Below are positions 34,201 through 48,400 of a stretch of 64,000 nucleotides of DNA, in pieces (position 1 is the stretch's first letter; each line of letters opens with the position of its first letter). The notes below the pieces were generated by a model that saw only the letters and a program-made list of their open reading frames with translations, did no database searches and was not told the origin of the DNA. The stretch comes from Antedon mediterranea (Eukaryota; Animalia; Echinodermata). Both the position numbers and the translations under genes were made by a program. The DNA is taken from contig NC_092680.1 of NCBI RefSeq assembly GCF_964355755.1, positions 5,580,001-5,644,000 of the forward strand, in the 5' to 3' direction.

Positions 34201-37200
34201 CCTTTCGTGTAAATTAATTATATAATAATTACTATTTCTATACACATTAGTTGTATAATACAAAGAATTTAAAATAATTTACGTAATTATTTAGTCTCCA
34301 ACTTAGTTGAAAATTATATCTAATTTGTAGAAAAATAAGAAAGATGATGCGGAAACGTCGTAATTGTTATATTTATGAACCTTAATCGCATAATTGTGGA
34401 AAAAATTGTTTTATTTAGTGTCATTAAAGTCACTGTATGCTAAATGTCCTGAGAAAATTATGAGTAAAGTGGATTTAATCTTGAGAAAGTTACCAGACAT
34501 GGAAGATGCAAAGAAAACATACGTTTACCTATTATTGGATGATATTTCAAAAACTTCCCCCCAGGTAAGAAATAACCTCATACGACAAACAAAAAATTAA
34601 TAATAAAAACAAGTTTAACAATTCATAATAAAAATAAATTGTTATAATTGTTATTTATTAAAATAATATAATATATATTAATTTTTTTTTCTTTCAATAA
34701 AGAAAATAGATCGAATAATTATTAGCCTACGAATGAATTTTTTTCTAACTTCCATATTCTAGTAAGAAAGTCTAGTAGAAAAACAACTATCCAAATTTAT
34801 TTTTTTATACAGACACTTGCACCACACATTGAAACCTTAATGGAGGACATTGATGAGCCGGGTATTCAACACCACTTACTTATGGTTCTTGGCGAAATTT
34901 CTGCAAAATACCCAGAGAAATTTGTAAATCACGTTGAAAGTCTTACCAGGGTATTACAATCACAGCCAGTGGTATTGTATCACGTAGATAAAATTATTGC
35001 AAGTGTTGGAACCATTAATAAGGTAGGAATAATTGTCAGAAGTTAAACTCTAAATTCTTATTGCTATTCACTCATTCAACAGAAGACAATATCTGCTTAA
35101 TTACATCGTAATACAGATTTTAGACAAATATAATAAATTAAATAAATTGATTTATATAGACCTACTATTATAACAAATTTTTCTAGGAATGGGCAATCAA
35201 AATCCTAAATATTTTAGCTGATCAACTTCAGACAGTACAAGCATTATATCAGTCAATTGTTTTATTGGAGATGAAAAGGATAGGGCAAAAGTTTCCTGAA
35301 TGTTTAACAACCCACAGAGCTAAGATAGAGGCGATGAAGAACAGCCCGCAGATGGGGATAGGAGACCTGGTGATTTCACTAATAGATTTTATGGAAGGAA
35401 GAAGGTAAGTTATTGGAGAAAGACGTAAATTAAAAGACTGTGGGCGGCTAGCTGGCATAAAATATTACTAATTTATAGAGAAAATAGTACAGACTATCTA
35501 TATTGTATTCTGTAGTAACTCTTCTGAAAATATCACTAAACGTTGAAGATACAAGCACAAATACAATAATCTTATCTTTCTTGGTAAATTAGCTGTACAC
35601 AAAATACTGTATTTTCTATAGTCTAGGGGTTTTACACGAGGAAATTATAGACCAGCGAGAGGACATCGAAGTCCTAGACACACGGGTGACAGCCACGGAA
35701 AGTAATGTTGCAGAAGTTACAGAGAATGTTGAGGAACAAGGAATGGACATAACGGCGGTGAAAACAGACGTCGCAGAACAAGGAAAAGCGTTGGAAGAGT
35801 TAGAAGATGTTGTTGATGAAACCGTTGTAAAGGTTGATGAGATAGACCATAAGGTAAAGTAGTTTTGTAATTACTCGGTAGTAACGTATACTTTTTATTT
35901 TGGTTCATACTGCTACTCTGTATTGTTTTTAGACGATTACGAATGCCCCTAAATGGTCTCGTGATGTTTCAAAACTGCTAAATCCAGAAGCTGATTATGA
36001 TTGGAGATTTTTGGCGATACGTCTCGGCTATTCGGTCGAAGACATTCGGAACTGGGTGTTGTCACCCGACCCGACTATGGCAATTCTAGCCGAATGGTAC
36101 ACGACTCATAAAAGTAGCGATGCAACATATGCAATACTGACGGCGTTAGAAGATATGGGACAAACAGAGGCTGTAAAGATAGTTGAAGAATCTTTAGAAC
36201 AAGCAGGTAGGCCTAATCAAGAACACACACATAACAAATGTGATGTGACCGATACTATTTTAACGTTATCTAATTTGTTACTTACCATTAGTACACTTTA
36301 TAATGAAAATATTCAACAATAATATCCCTAATTTAGATTTTTATTGAAATCGATAGATGCAATGGTTCCGAAATTAGGACCAGAAATATCAGAGAAACCA
36401 CCAAAAGTATTCATTAGTTACCAATGGGATCATCAACCTGAAGTGAAGGCTGTAAGAGATCATCTCGAGATGGCAGGGTTTGCTTGCTGGATGGACATTG
36501 GTCAGATGGGAGGTGGAGATAACTTATATGCAAAGATCAATGAAGGAATGAGAGCTGCTAAAGTTGTTCTGTGTATGACAACTGAGAAGTATTCGAAATC
36601 AGAAAACTGCAACAAAGAGGTAAAAAGAAATTTACTGGGCTATACATCTACGACGCTTTTCAACAAATCTATATTATATAAATTTACGTAAGGGCAAAAT
36701 TCGGTAAATCGCGCCTTACTTCTAGAAAAGTTGGTTCGTACTTTCGGTACTGATTTTAACCGCCTGATGTAACCCTGTTTACTAATTAAATTGAGTTAGA
36801 TAATTAGTTATTGACGATTAAAACGAATTTAGGTTCAACGATTTGCCCCAAATAGGGGTGTTTTCCGATCGTGGTATACACTGTCTAATGGATGTCCATC
36901 TTGAAAAATACCCGCCAAAAAAATGCGAGGAGGCTTCGCATTTTTCTATCTCCTCCTACGATAATTGTTTTTAATAGCTGAAAACCGGTTGAACAGCTAG
37001 AGTACACCATCATAATGTTGAAGACAGGCCGATTTTCTTTAAAAAATACTATTTTGATAGATTTAATATACGATTATACAAATGTATTGATTTGCGATGA
37101 ATGGAACATCCCAATCTCTCAGTCTGCCAGAGTTTGGTTTAACACAAGTACTGTAGGTAAATTTATGAGCCCTTGGTTTAACACATACGGTAGGTAAATA

Positions 37201-40079
37201 TATGGGCCCTTTGAGAATAAACTTGCAATAGGTTCGGAAAATGTTAAAAACCAATTTATATTATTTGAATCGGTAAACAGTTTCCATTTATTATACATTG
37301 ATAATGAAACATGAAATATTCCTATTTATGTCCCTCGAGGTTCATTACAATTTATATTTAGTAGTCCCACGGACTTCATCTTAGCCACTCCCCCGAGTGC
37401 TAAGGCCAAATTTATGATACCCTACTTTCTATGTAAGTTTAGTTACAGTTAGTTCTTGATAATACAACGAATTTAGGTTACACCCTTCGGCCGCGAAAAC
37501 GTTTCTGTACAAATATGATACCGATTGGCTTTATTTCATTCAACAGCGACCATAATCTCGCCAATTACAGGATAGATAAACTATTTTATTATTGATGTGC
37601 TTATAAATTAAGACTCATGTAAACAGCTTGATTACATCATTTTACAGACAAACGAAACTTTTTTAAACCTACTGTTTCAATAACTGAGTATAATACTGTA
37701 TACGTTTTCATAAGTAAGTGCATATACATTTTCGTGTTTTCATTGACGAGATTGTAATAGTAACTTCAGTAACTATTACAGTACTTATTTATTATACGAC
37801 ACAAGACAATTGTATCTGACAGGTACGTACATTATTCTAAAAAATAAGTCTAGATAGATCCCTTAGGCGTCATAAATCACAGGCCAACAAATCAGTACTC
37901 ATGACAGAAATTCGACCCAGTTTGGTTCACACAAATGTTTACAGGAATTTCAACCACCACAACCGATGATTTGCCCTAAATATTTAGGTAGACTACAGTT
38001 TAATTTTTCACTGAATAGGAGCTTGAATTTCCGATTTCCATTTCGCAGAATGTCTAGGTCTATTTATTTAGTTTGGTTCTTATAATATATAAATACAATC
38101 AACTTTATTACTGCGGTTCCATCACCACCACCACGTGCCGCCCAATTCCCCGGTACATACATTTCCATTTCTCCCTAATTTCTTTAGTCCACATAAATTA
38201 ATTGTCCTTTATGGAATCCAGTATTGGTTTTGTTGTCTCTATTCTATTCTACTGTATTCGAGAACCATCTGTGAGCACCCCTAGATGGTACGCGAGCGAA
38301 GCGAGCGTGCCATCTAGTTATTTAAATTACTTTAAATACTAAATACTTTATTTTGTTTATCCTTATTACAGGTGAACTTGGCGAATCTGCTCAACAAGCC
38401 AATCATACCGATCCTTATTGAGCGTACAGCCTGGCCTCCAGAAGGACCAATGAGCATGCTTTTTGCACAGCTTCTTTACATTCAATTTTTCACGGATAAG
38501 GATTACGTCAGAGGAGATAAATTCTGGGTTGATGCCAAGTTCGCTGAGTTATTGGCGCAAGTTAGTTATTATGCTTCCCCTGATCCAGATAAAATAACCG
38601 ACGGTAGGTAATTTTACTCGAAACTTTGTTTTAGAAACACTGAAAACATTGTCGTCACTCATTATCGTTATGATACTGCAGATACTTTTTAATGAATGTT
38701 CGTTTTCATCAAGAATCGAGTGACAATCGATTAAATTATTTTTCCAGAATACAAAAGTTGGGTACCAACAGTTGAAACACCTGACAAAGAAATAAAGAAA
38801 GCCAAGAAAGATGAACAAAGTGGTGAAACAAGCGCTTTAGCTTCTCAACCGGTACGTAGGTCCCACATAAATTACACAATAAACCTAACTTCACTGAAGC
38901 AATTGTTTTAAGGGTAGTTTAGTCCCCTTAACAGAAAAATCATTTATAGGGTATTGTATTTTTTTTATCAGGAATACCATATTTTTCTCCTCACCCCGGA
39001 CAAACCCGCTATGGACTGGTTCTCTTAAACATATAAATAAATAGGAATAAATGGAGTGGTGTGTTTAGCAGCTATATTTTTAAATACTGAAAGGTTCATA
39101 AACAAACTCTTTTCCAAATATATTAGTTCTCTTCTTTACTTAGAAAGCGGAAATCGAACCAGAGGTCTTTATATCATACCAATGGGATCATCAACCGCAG
39201 GTTAAGGTCTTGTACAAACGACTGACCAGTCTTGGTTATTCGTGTTGGTTGGATATCAAACAAATGGGCGGTGGAGATCCATTATATAGTAAAATTGACA
39301 AAGGTCTTCGCAAAGCTAAGGTAATCCAATTTTTATTTACGTTAAGTTTTTGATATGCAGATAGGTTACCTCACAAAATGAACTTTGAAGAGTCAACTCA
39401 GTTTTAATTTTAATTACTAGAATAAACGTTTTTAAGTAACTAAATCAGTAAATCTATGTGTTAAAAAGACAAAACTGGGATTGGAAGTGGCTGGTTGTTC
39501 ATTTTGTATAGGCCTACGTACTATTTTAACAATAATAGATTTAGAGATAAAGATAAATAATGCACATCTCCAAAACAAAGACGTTAAAGACAAATTTCTC
39601 TATTTAAAACATTCTGATACGCATTAATGTATTGAAACTTATAGGTTGTAATTTCCTGCGTTACACCGAAGTATTCATTGTCAGCCAACTGCCGTCGTGA
39701 AGTCAGTCTATCAGATGCTCTCCGTCGACCAATCATTCCAATCCTTCTCCAGCAGATGGCGTGGCCACCAGAAGGTCCAATGAGCATGACATTTACGCAA
39801 CTTCTCTACATAGACTTCACCAAGGAGTCAAATCAGGAAAGTTTTGCTGACGAGAAATTTGACGAACTTATTGCAAAAATTAGCGAGCATTCGCAGCCTG
39901 TAAAAGGAGGTGACACTCCTGCTAAACCATCTGCACCGGAATCAGTTTCTGGTGAGCCGAAACCCGAAGAACCAAAGTCCGAAGATCTAAAACCCGATCA
40001 GGTACAGACTCCTACAGAAACTCCGTCTGAACAAAAAAAGCAGCAACCTAAACCATCTAAAAGATGCTGTGTTTCATAA
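31221..40079 (+). CDS. Gene A: helical repeat (ARM/HEAT-like)-coiled coil-Death-TIR-TIR-CCaX protein, 17 coding exons, ~1121 aa
   Basis: Exons 31221-31408, 31587-31707, 32109-32272, 32715-32844, 33241-33389, 33686-33818, 33917-34106, 34419-34564, 34813-35022, 35187-35404, 35622-35853, 35933-36206, 36357-36619, 38372-38603, 38748-38851, 39144-39320, 39645-40079. All introns are GT-AG with consistent phases; total 3366 nt. Death: [29 protein letters not shown]1: [27 protein letters not shown]2: [24 protein letters not shown]. Ends KRCCVS. Confidence 0.9.
36668..38317 (+). mobile_element. Non-autonomous Helitron in intron 13 of gene A
   Basis: 5' TCTATATTATATAAA; 3' hairpin ctagatggtacgcgagcgaagcgagcgtgccatCTAG; A/T insertion site. 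The equivalent intron in gene B (48344-48460) lacks it. Confidence 0.88.
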
Positions 40080-42491
40080 CTTCTTTTTAAATGACATCTG
40101 CCGGTGATTTTATAATAATTCAGTGTGTGCTGGGTGGTAACCGGTTAATGCTGTAATTTTCTTCTTCATCTACATTTATACTGCATAATTGTATTCATGA
40201 GAAACCTTTCATAATTACTCAGTTAACATGATCGAGATAGATATTATACATTGAAGTTGTACTGAATTCCATTGCTGGTAAATTGTAATATAGGCATATG
40301 AAATCATTATAAGGACATGTTGAATGGAATTTTTTTTTCTACAATTACAGATGTCTTTTTGTATATGATATGTTAGATAGTGCAAAGAGTTATTGTTGAT
40401 CATAGATCACAAAACAAATGGTGGAGGTATGTTTGAAATAAAATACATTAGTATAATGAGAGCGAAACAAACAATATCGGGAGTGATGCCAGTCACAATT
40501 TTTTTTGTATTTGCCAGTTACAATTTTAACAATTGTATCAGTATGTCTAATGTTTCTAAATCTTAATTATTTTGTTTTGGAAATATATTGCTGGATTAAA
40601 TTTACAATTAATATCGTAAATTTTAATATTTTCACTCTCTATAGACCTTAATCTGTATTTCAATTACTGAATTATATTTTGATTTAAATAAAATGTTGAA
40701 TTTTTAATTAAAAAAAAGCTTCCCGTCGTACACTATTAATACATTATACAACATTATTTATTTGTTATATTATATATTTTAGTATATACATTGTTACGTA
40801 GTATGCATATAAAGCAACCAACTGTCTGTTGGCCTCCTAATTATAATACCAACACAATAAGTTATCATCTTTTCCATCTAATTTAATTTTTATTTTTGTT
40901 AATAAAAAAAATGCAATCGGTCCTCTAACCTACAATGTTGGAAAAAAGATAAATATATTAGTTAAACTAATCAGAATTACGAAAATGGTTTTGAACGCGA
41001 TTTCTTTCTGTTATATTATCTACATTACATTGCTACACATCACCATAGCAATAGCAATATTATTTGTCGTTACGTGTAATCAATATTTGTTTAGTTATTG
41101 TTAATATTCCGGTTCACTGATTCATACAAACCCAGCAGTTGTAAGGCTAAGCCAGCAGTATGCTGAATGGTTTAAACTATTTAGCAGAAACCAGTGCTTA
41201 AATAAATTAATTAATTAATTACAGAAGACAAGATATTGAGCTGTATAAGGTAATTATGATAATTATTTGATATGACGTGAGATACACTTTTATTATAATA
41301 CGGATACTGTATAAGAATGCGGTTAACAGGGACACACTGTTCTGTCATGTGGACAATCGAGATTGAAGGAGACTACACGTGTGCTGCAATGACAATAGCA
41401 AATAGTCACATAATATTAATTAGGCTGTTCTTATATGGAAAATATTTATATAGGCCATTGTTTATAACATTGCGATAAAGAGTCTATGTATGAATACTAC
41501 GATAAAGCTGTTGTTTCTGCAAGGGGTTTTTTTAAATAGATTGGCAAGCAAATGACAGATTGGGGGCAAAGTACGTAAGCATAAGGTACCCAACCGATAA
41601 TAATCCATGCTTTTATTATTATCAATTTAAGCATTGAAGTAACTAAGATACGGAATACTGTATTACTATACAATCAAAACACATTAAAGAAGGCTGCTTT
41701 ATACACTAATATAATGACATGCATGTCACATTAATTTGATCAATATAGTGTACACGTACCCACTTCTCTTACCACACGATATGCCTACTAATTATATTAC
41801 AGTATAAATAAGAAAACGGGATTCAAATTAAGAATAAAACGGGACAGGAATAAATGGTCAAATAAATACCTAAATGTATATGCTTTAATAAAAACAAAGA
41901 TACTAATATAGAAGCATGTTATTTAAACAAATCCCCTTTGTTTGAAATAGCTACAGTCATCTCACTATACAAACTTAAATCACAGTAGGTCGGTTTAAAA
42001 GGTGTACACAATACGATACACAACAAAAAAACAGTAGGTTATCAGATAGCGATATACAAGGTAACCTTATGTACCATTATTGAAATTTTGCCTACGTCAT
42101 TTCCAATCCAAAGTAGTATATATCTTTTAAGGAACTGACTAGCTATAATAATACTATAAGATCCTTCTTTGACAGGAAGACGCACTACATCGAAACAATC
42201 CGTTCATTGAGTTTAAGGTAAGTTTTGTGGGTTTATGGATTTTCACTAAGGGTCAGTTCACGTAAAGCTCATTATTTAAAGCTAAAGAAACATTTTCTAC
42301 GTGAATGACTGGAGCGAATGATAATTTTTTTAAGCTTATTAGTCTTATCATACTGGTGTATGCTACACTAAAAATAAGCAATTTTGGCCATTTATCATTA
42401 CTAAACCCAACACTAACATCCATCGACTTGAAGGGAAATAGGTCTATCTCATCAAATATTATAATAATTTTCAGCAACAACATTAATCACC

Positions 42492-45400
42492 ATGAATCGA
42501 GCAGAGGTCGAAGCGTTTGTAGAACAAATCTCAGAATCAATTGATGATTTTAAGTACATACCGAAGCTGATAAAAGCAGTGAATGAATTCGACGAAGCCG
42601 AAGATGTAAATGAGCGGAACATGCGGGTACTAACTGACGTCATTGAAGACGACATATTTTCTGCTGCTGAAAAAAGGTTACAACATTTCTTGTTTACTAG
42701 TTGTTTTAGTAATTAACAATAGGCCTACTTCTTACTTGATGTTAGATGAGAGTAGATAAGAGAGGTGGTATTTAGTAGTTAGGCTACAGTACGACAGACA
42801 AAATTATCATCTTGAACAGACTCACATTTAAAGTTACTGCTAGAGACTAGCATGATAACCGTAAGACATAATCATAATAATCATCGGTATGGCAATTTGC
42901 TGCGTGAGTTGAAAGAACCAGATATGCCCGACCACTGTAAAAAATACGGAGGTATGTTTCGAAATGGAGGAAAAACGCTTACTTCCTTCGTGGTTTCAGA
43001 CTGATCTACCTTACATGAGAAAAATACCCAAAGTGGTGATCATTTCTAGTCATACTATTGCTAGTTACTCTTCCATATAATGAAATAAGACATTGATTAA
43101 TTAAAACCACCAAAACAATATTTGTCTTTGAATTACTTTTTAAACATGTATTTATTTGTTTGAATACAGCAAGGGTAAACAGTCTAAAGCATTAGCTGGA
43201 CTTGCAGTTGCCATGGCAGAGAAGAAGATGTCCGAGTATTACCGCAGTCTCGAACGTCTATTCAGAGAGCGGAACATCGTCAATTGGAAAGTAAATTATA
43301 CCTTGAATGTTCTCTCCAGTTTATATGTTTATATGTTAATAACTTTATCTTAGGAATGCATATAACCTCAAAGGGAAATCTTTCTCATAATTGTCATAAT
43401 ATCATTAATATAATATTAAGTGTTTCCAATTTAGGTCAATTACTACTACTACTCGGCTATCCAAGGAGTTGGATAGCCGAGTCAATTGCATCTAGTGGTT
43501 AGGACACTTGACTGTCATACAGATAGACCCGGGTTCAATTCCCGACAGCTCCCAGTCCACTCAGCTGTAAAATAGTACCTGGTTGAAAATACTAGGGAGA
43601 AAAAAGGCGGCGTAGAAAGCAACTGGCCACCCTACCACATAATGCCGAGGCTTAGTACAATGAGCTCCTAACAGCTCATTCCACTACGTTCAGAGAATAC
43701 GGGACTCACCTTTACCTTTACCTTCACTACTATATACTACAACTTTTCTATGATCGTTACGAGTTAATTTTATCTTATGTATTAAGGATCGATCAACAGA
43801 AGCCATAAAAGTAATAGAAACATTTATGGAACCACCAGCAATAAAAATGACTGATAAGGATGAAAGTTGGTATGGCACTGAAGAACCAGAAAGATATGAA
43901 ATGTCTGAACGAATTAAAGATTGTACAGAAAAAATGGTAAAAGCATTTGTGTAAGTAAAACTATACTTCATGCTAGAAATAAGCTTCTTGGAAAAATTAT
44001 GTTGTACCTCAGTATAGTGATTATAAAATGTATCTCACAAAATGATCATTTTCCGTCATAAGCACAAATGTTGATCTTCGGTGTCGAAACAAATGGATAA
44101 TAACAAAACAAACTATTAATCGTAATTATTTTCTTTTTTAAATGTATGTAACAGACGAGATAAGTTAACTAAGAAAGTGTGTATCAACCTTCTACAACTA
44201 TTGATAAACTGTCTGAAGAAATCCGAGATTGTTCATCTTATGATTGCCAAGGGATTGTTAGGTGACTGGGATTTTAAGGTTGAAGTAAGTTAATAATTTC
44301 TTTTGTTTCTTTATATAATAGTTTACACATTTATTATTAAGGGACGTGGCCACAATGACTACCTAACCAGTGATGACAGTAATATAATAACCGGTAGTAA
44401 ATGATCAAGACAGATCGTGTAAAGGGTCTTTCATTGGCGTTCGATTCGAAGGACCGGAACCATGCCGGAACAGCTGGTGTGAAAGACCCTTAATGTATGT
44501 TAGGGCAGCCAGACGCTACCGATTTAGTAACTGAAAATTACCTCTGGGCTAGTTTAACGGACCAATATTTGTTAGTATTTTTGAATGGGTGTGGTGCAGA
44601 TTTATCTAATCAGTAATAAATTCCTACAGGACAGTAAAGCTAAAACTCTGATACCTGAATTAGTAAAGACTGTTGATGAGTGGACGAGAAAGTTTGACGA
44701 GAAGTTGTCAAGCGACGAACATCCATTTGAAGAAGACTTTCCAACAAATGCGTTGACAGTTGCATTTGGCTCTAACTGGTAAGATACCAAAATCAGTTTT
44801 AAACACATTTTGACCTTTTTTAATATGTTCAACTTAGTGATCGTCATCATTATATTTTCAGTAAGTAATTTGAAAAATAATAATTTACACTAAAAAAAAA
44901 ATAACGCTATACTGAATTTATAATATAAATTAAAATACAATGACTATTTATAATAAAACGTTGAATTAAACCCTTATAAAGATCTACGGTAGTAACAATA
45001 CATTCATTTCCACTTTTAAAATAATGATGTAATGCTATTTAATCGTACAATGTCTATTAATTTAATTCACGGGAAAGCTGCGCAACGTCTCGTTTCAAAG
45101 GACTGAGTATTGAGAGTAAACAATCTTGGACGGATACAAACAGCTGAAGAATCAAATCTAATAACTAGTGTGTAGACCTTAATAATGTTATTTTTAATTG
45201 ATAGTCCTCCTAAATTATACCAAAATCATGTTGTATCAATATGGAAGAACCTATTGACAAAAGAATTAGACGGTCAGCCATTGACGGGATGGGGGTCAAT
45301 TGCATCTACAATATTAAGTGAATTCATCATTCCTAAGGTAAATATTTACTTTTTACACTATTTGAACATTATTCAAACAACGTTTTAAGCCTAATCCACA

Positions 45401-48400
45401 CTAGCATACTATACCAAACTCTTTGCGAACTCTGTGTTTGCGACTGTGTTTGTATTACCTGTCGAAACGAGTTACTAGGAGTCTATCATTTTGTCTATCT
45501 GAAAAATCACATTACTACAAAGCACCCAAATACTTGTTACTTGATTCGTTGAGTTTACAAGCCTCTGCAAACTGTCAAGAAAATACACGGCCCAACGTCT
45601 GCAAACTACGATAGTCGACTAGTCAACAGAAAACTGTTATTGCCAAACTCGAGTTGTTTCAGCCAACTTTCCTTGTACAGTAGACTCTAGGTTTTAAACA
45701 AAACCATGCAAAGTCTTCCTCAAATTAAAAATTGAATTATTTTCAAATAATTGCCTTCGTAGTTTTGTAAGCGTTTTTTTATATTTATTGTTGTATTCAT
45801 AGGCCACTAAGATTGATATGAATGAGTTGGTTCCCGGGGTTATGACGCTAATACGGTCAGACGTCGAGTTGTTAAAGGATCTTTCATCTAGCCTTATAGC
45901 ATCCATGTATGAAAAGGTGGACTCACTCGTGCCGTGTGCAGAAGAGCTGATTGATGTTTATCTTGACTGCGAAGAAATGTTCTATATAGGAAGTATGTGT
46001 TTAGATTTAATCAGGTCAAAATGTGTACTTTTTCCGGATCTATTACGGTAGTAGTTTAGAGTAAATATAAATATGTGGCACATGCAAGAGAAATCAGATA
46101 TAAGTCGGAATTTTCTAAAGGTATTTCAAAGAAACTTCCAACTTCGGGTACATTTTTAACAATTACGCAATATTATACTTTTTACTATGGTCATTTTGTT
46201 TCATCATAGTGTCATTAAAACCGTTGTATGCTAAATGTCCTGAGAAGATTATGAATAAAATGGATACAATTTTGGAAAAATTACCTGACTTGGATAAAAA
46301 CAGAAAGCAATTCCTTTATTTACTATTTGACGGAATTGTGAAATCGTCTACTAAGGTAAGTAAGAATTAAACAAAAACTTTATATTTTTTTTGTGATTAC
46401 AGATCCTTTAATAACTGGTCCAAATCATAACAAGACAATACAAAGTTTAATAAATCAGTAAATGTATTCAAACAATCTGAATACACACAGTTTATAAAAT
46501 AACGAGGAAGCTATGAATAATGTATCCAATAACTATATAAAAGGTATTAATTTTTGTTTAAAGGTAATTTCGTTCTATTTCAGACATTTGCACCACACGT
46601 CGATACCTTAATGGAAGATATCAATGAGTCGAATGTTCAATACCAAGTTCTCTTGGTTCTTGGTGAAGTTGCAGCGAAATACCCGGAAAAATTTGTAAAT
46701 CACATCGAAAGTCTTACTGGGGTATTAGATTCAGAGCCAAACGCAGTGTACCACGTAGATAAGATCATTGCCTGTGTTGGAACCATGAATAAGGTATGTC
46801 GAAAACAAGCAAATTCAAAATATAAAAGTGCTTTTTATTTTCCTTTTGCCCATTTTCAACCAAATGTAACATGCCTTCTTTTTCAACTACTTTCCAGGAA
46901 TGGGCAATCAAAATTCTAAAGATTTTAGTTGGTCAGCTTCAGACAGTACAAACGTCCTACCAGTCAGTTGTTTTAATGGAGATGAAAAGAATAGGCCATA
47001 AATTTCCTGAATGTTTAACACCATACAGAAAGGAGATAGAGGCCATGAAGGAAAGTTCACAGATGGGGGTAGGAGACTTGGTGATTTCACTAATCGATTT
47101 TATGGAAGGAAGAACGTAAGTCATTTGAGAAGGGTGTACATTCTTTTTCTAAACAGAGATAGATCAAGTTCAGAGAAAGTTTGGGAAGAATCACCTTTAG
47201 AAAATAAAACATTGAACACCCACATACCCATTTGATCATCGTTATCAGTGTTTATTTTTCTTATTTTCCCCCATAAAAGTTTGGAAGCTTTACATGAGGA
47301 TATTGTAGAACAGCGAGAGGACATCGAAGTCTTAGACACACGAGTAACAAACACGGAAAATAACGTTGCAGAGGTTACAGAGAAAGTTGACGAACAAGGA
47401 AAGGAAATAACGGCGGTAAAAACAGACGTCGCAGAACAAGGACAGAAATTGGAAGAGTTGGAAGAAGTTGTTGATGAAACCGTTGTAAAAGTTGACGAGA
47501 TAGACCATAAGGTAAGATGTTATACTTTGTAATGTTTGATGAGAATACCATTATTGATGATTATCTTTGTAGTCTACTGCAGATCGAAAGTGGACAACAT
47601 AACATGGTGGTGGTTTTTCTAAAATGACTATTATTATGGCAAATTTATTTTAAATAAAAATCTGTTAAATTTTCAGACGATTACTAATGCACCAAAATGG
47701 TCACGTGATGTTTCAAAACTACTAAATCCAGAAGCTGACTATGATTGGAGATTTTTGGCGATACGTCTCGGCTACTCGGGAGAGGACATTCGAAACTGGG
47801 CGTTGTCACCTGACCCTACTATGGCAATTCTAGCCGAATGGTACACGACCCATAAAAGTAGTGATGCAACATATGCAATATTGACAGCGTTAGAAGATAT
47901 GGGACAAACAGAAGCTGTAAAGATAGTTGAAGAATCTTTAGAACAAGCAGGTAATCAAGCACACATAAATAAACATACAATTTATTTTAAGTTTTTTCTC
48001 ATTGACGATTAATGTTTAAGCTTTAATGTATAATGAATAACAATCGTATTCTTAATTAAGCTTTTCATTGACATCGATAGATGCAATGGTTCCGAAATTA
48101 GGATCCGAAATATCAGAGAAACCACCAAAGGTTTTCATCAGTTACCAATGGGATCATCAACCTGAGGTTAAGGCTATAAGAGAGCATCTTGAGATGGCAG
48201 GGTTTGCTTGCTGGATGGACATTGGTCAGATGGGAGGTGGAGATAATTTATATGCAAAGATCAACGAAGGAATGAGAGCTGCTAAAGTTGTTCTGTGTAT
48301 GACAACTGAGAAGTATTCGAAATCTGAAAACTGCAACAAAGAGGTAAAAACAAAATTTACTGAATAACTGGGTTATCTCTACGACGCTACGACTATAGAA

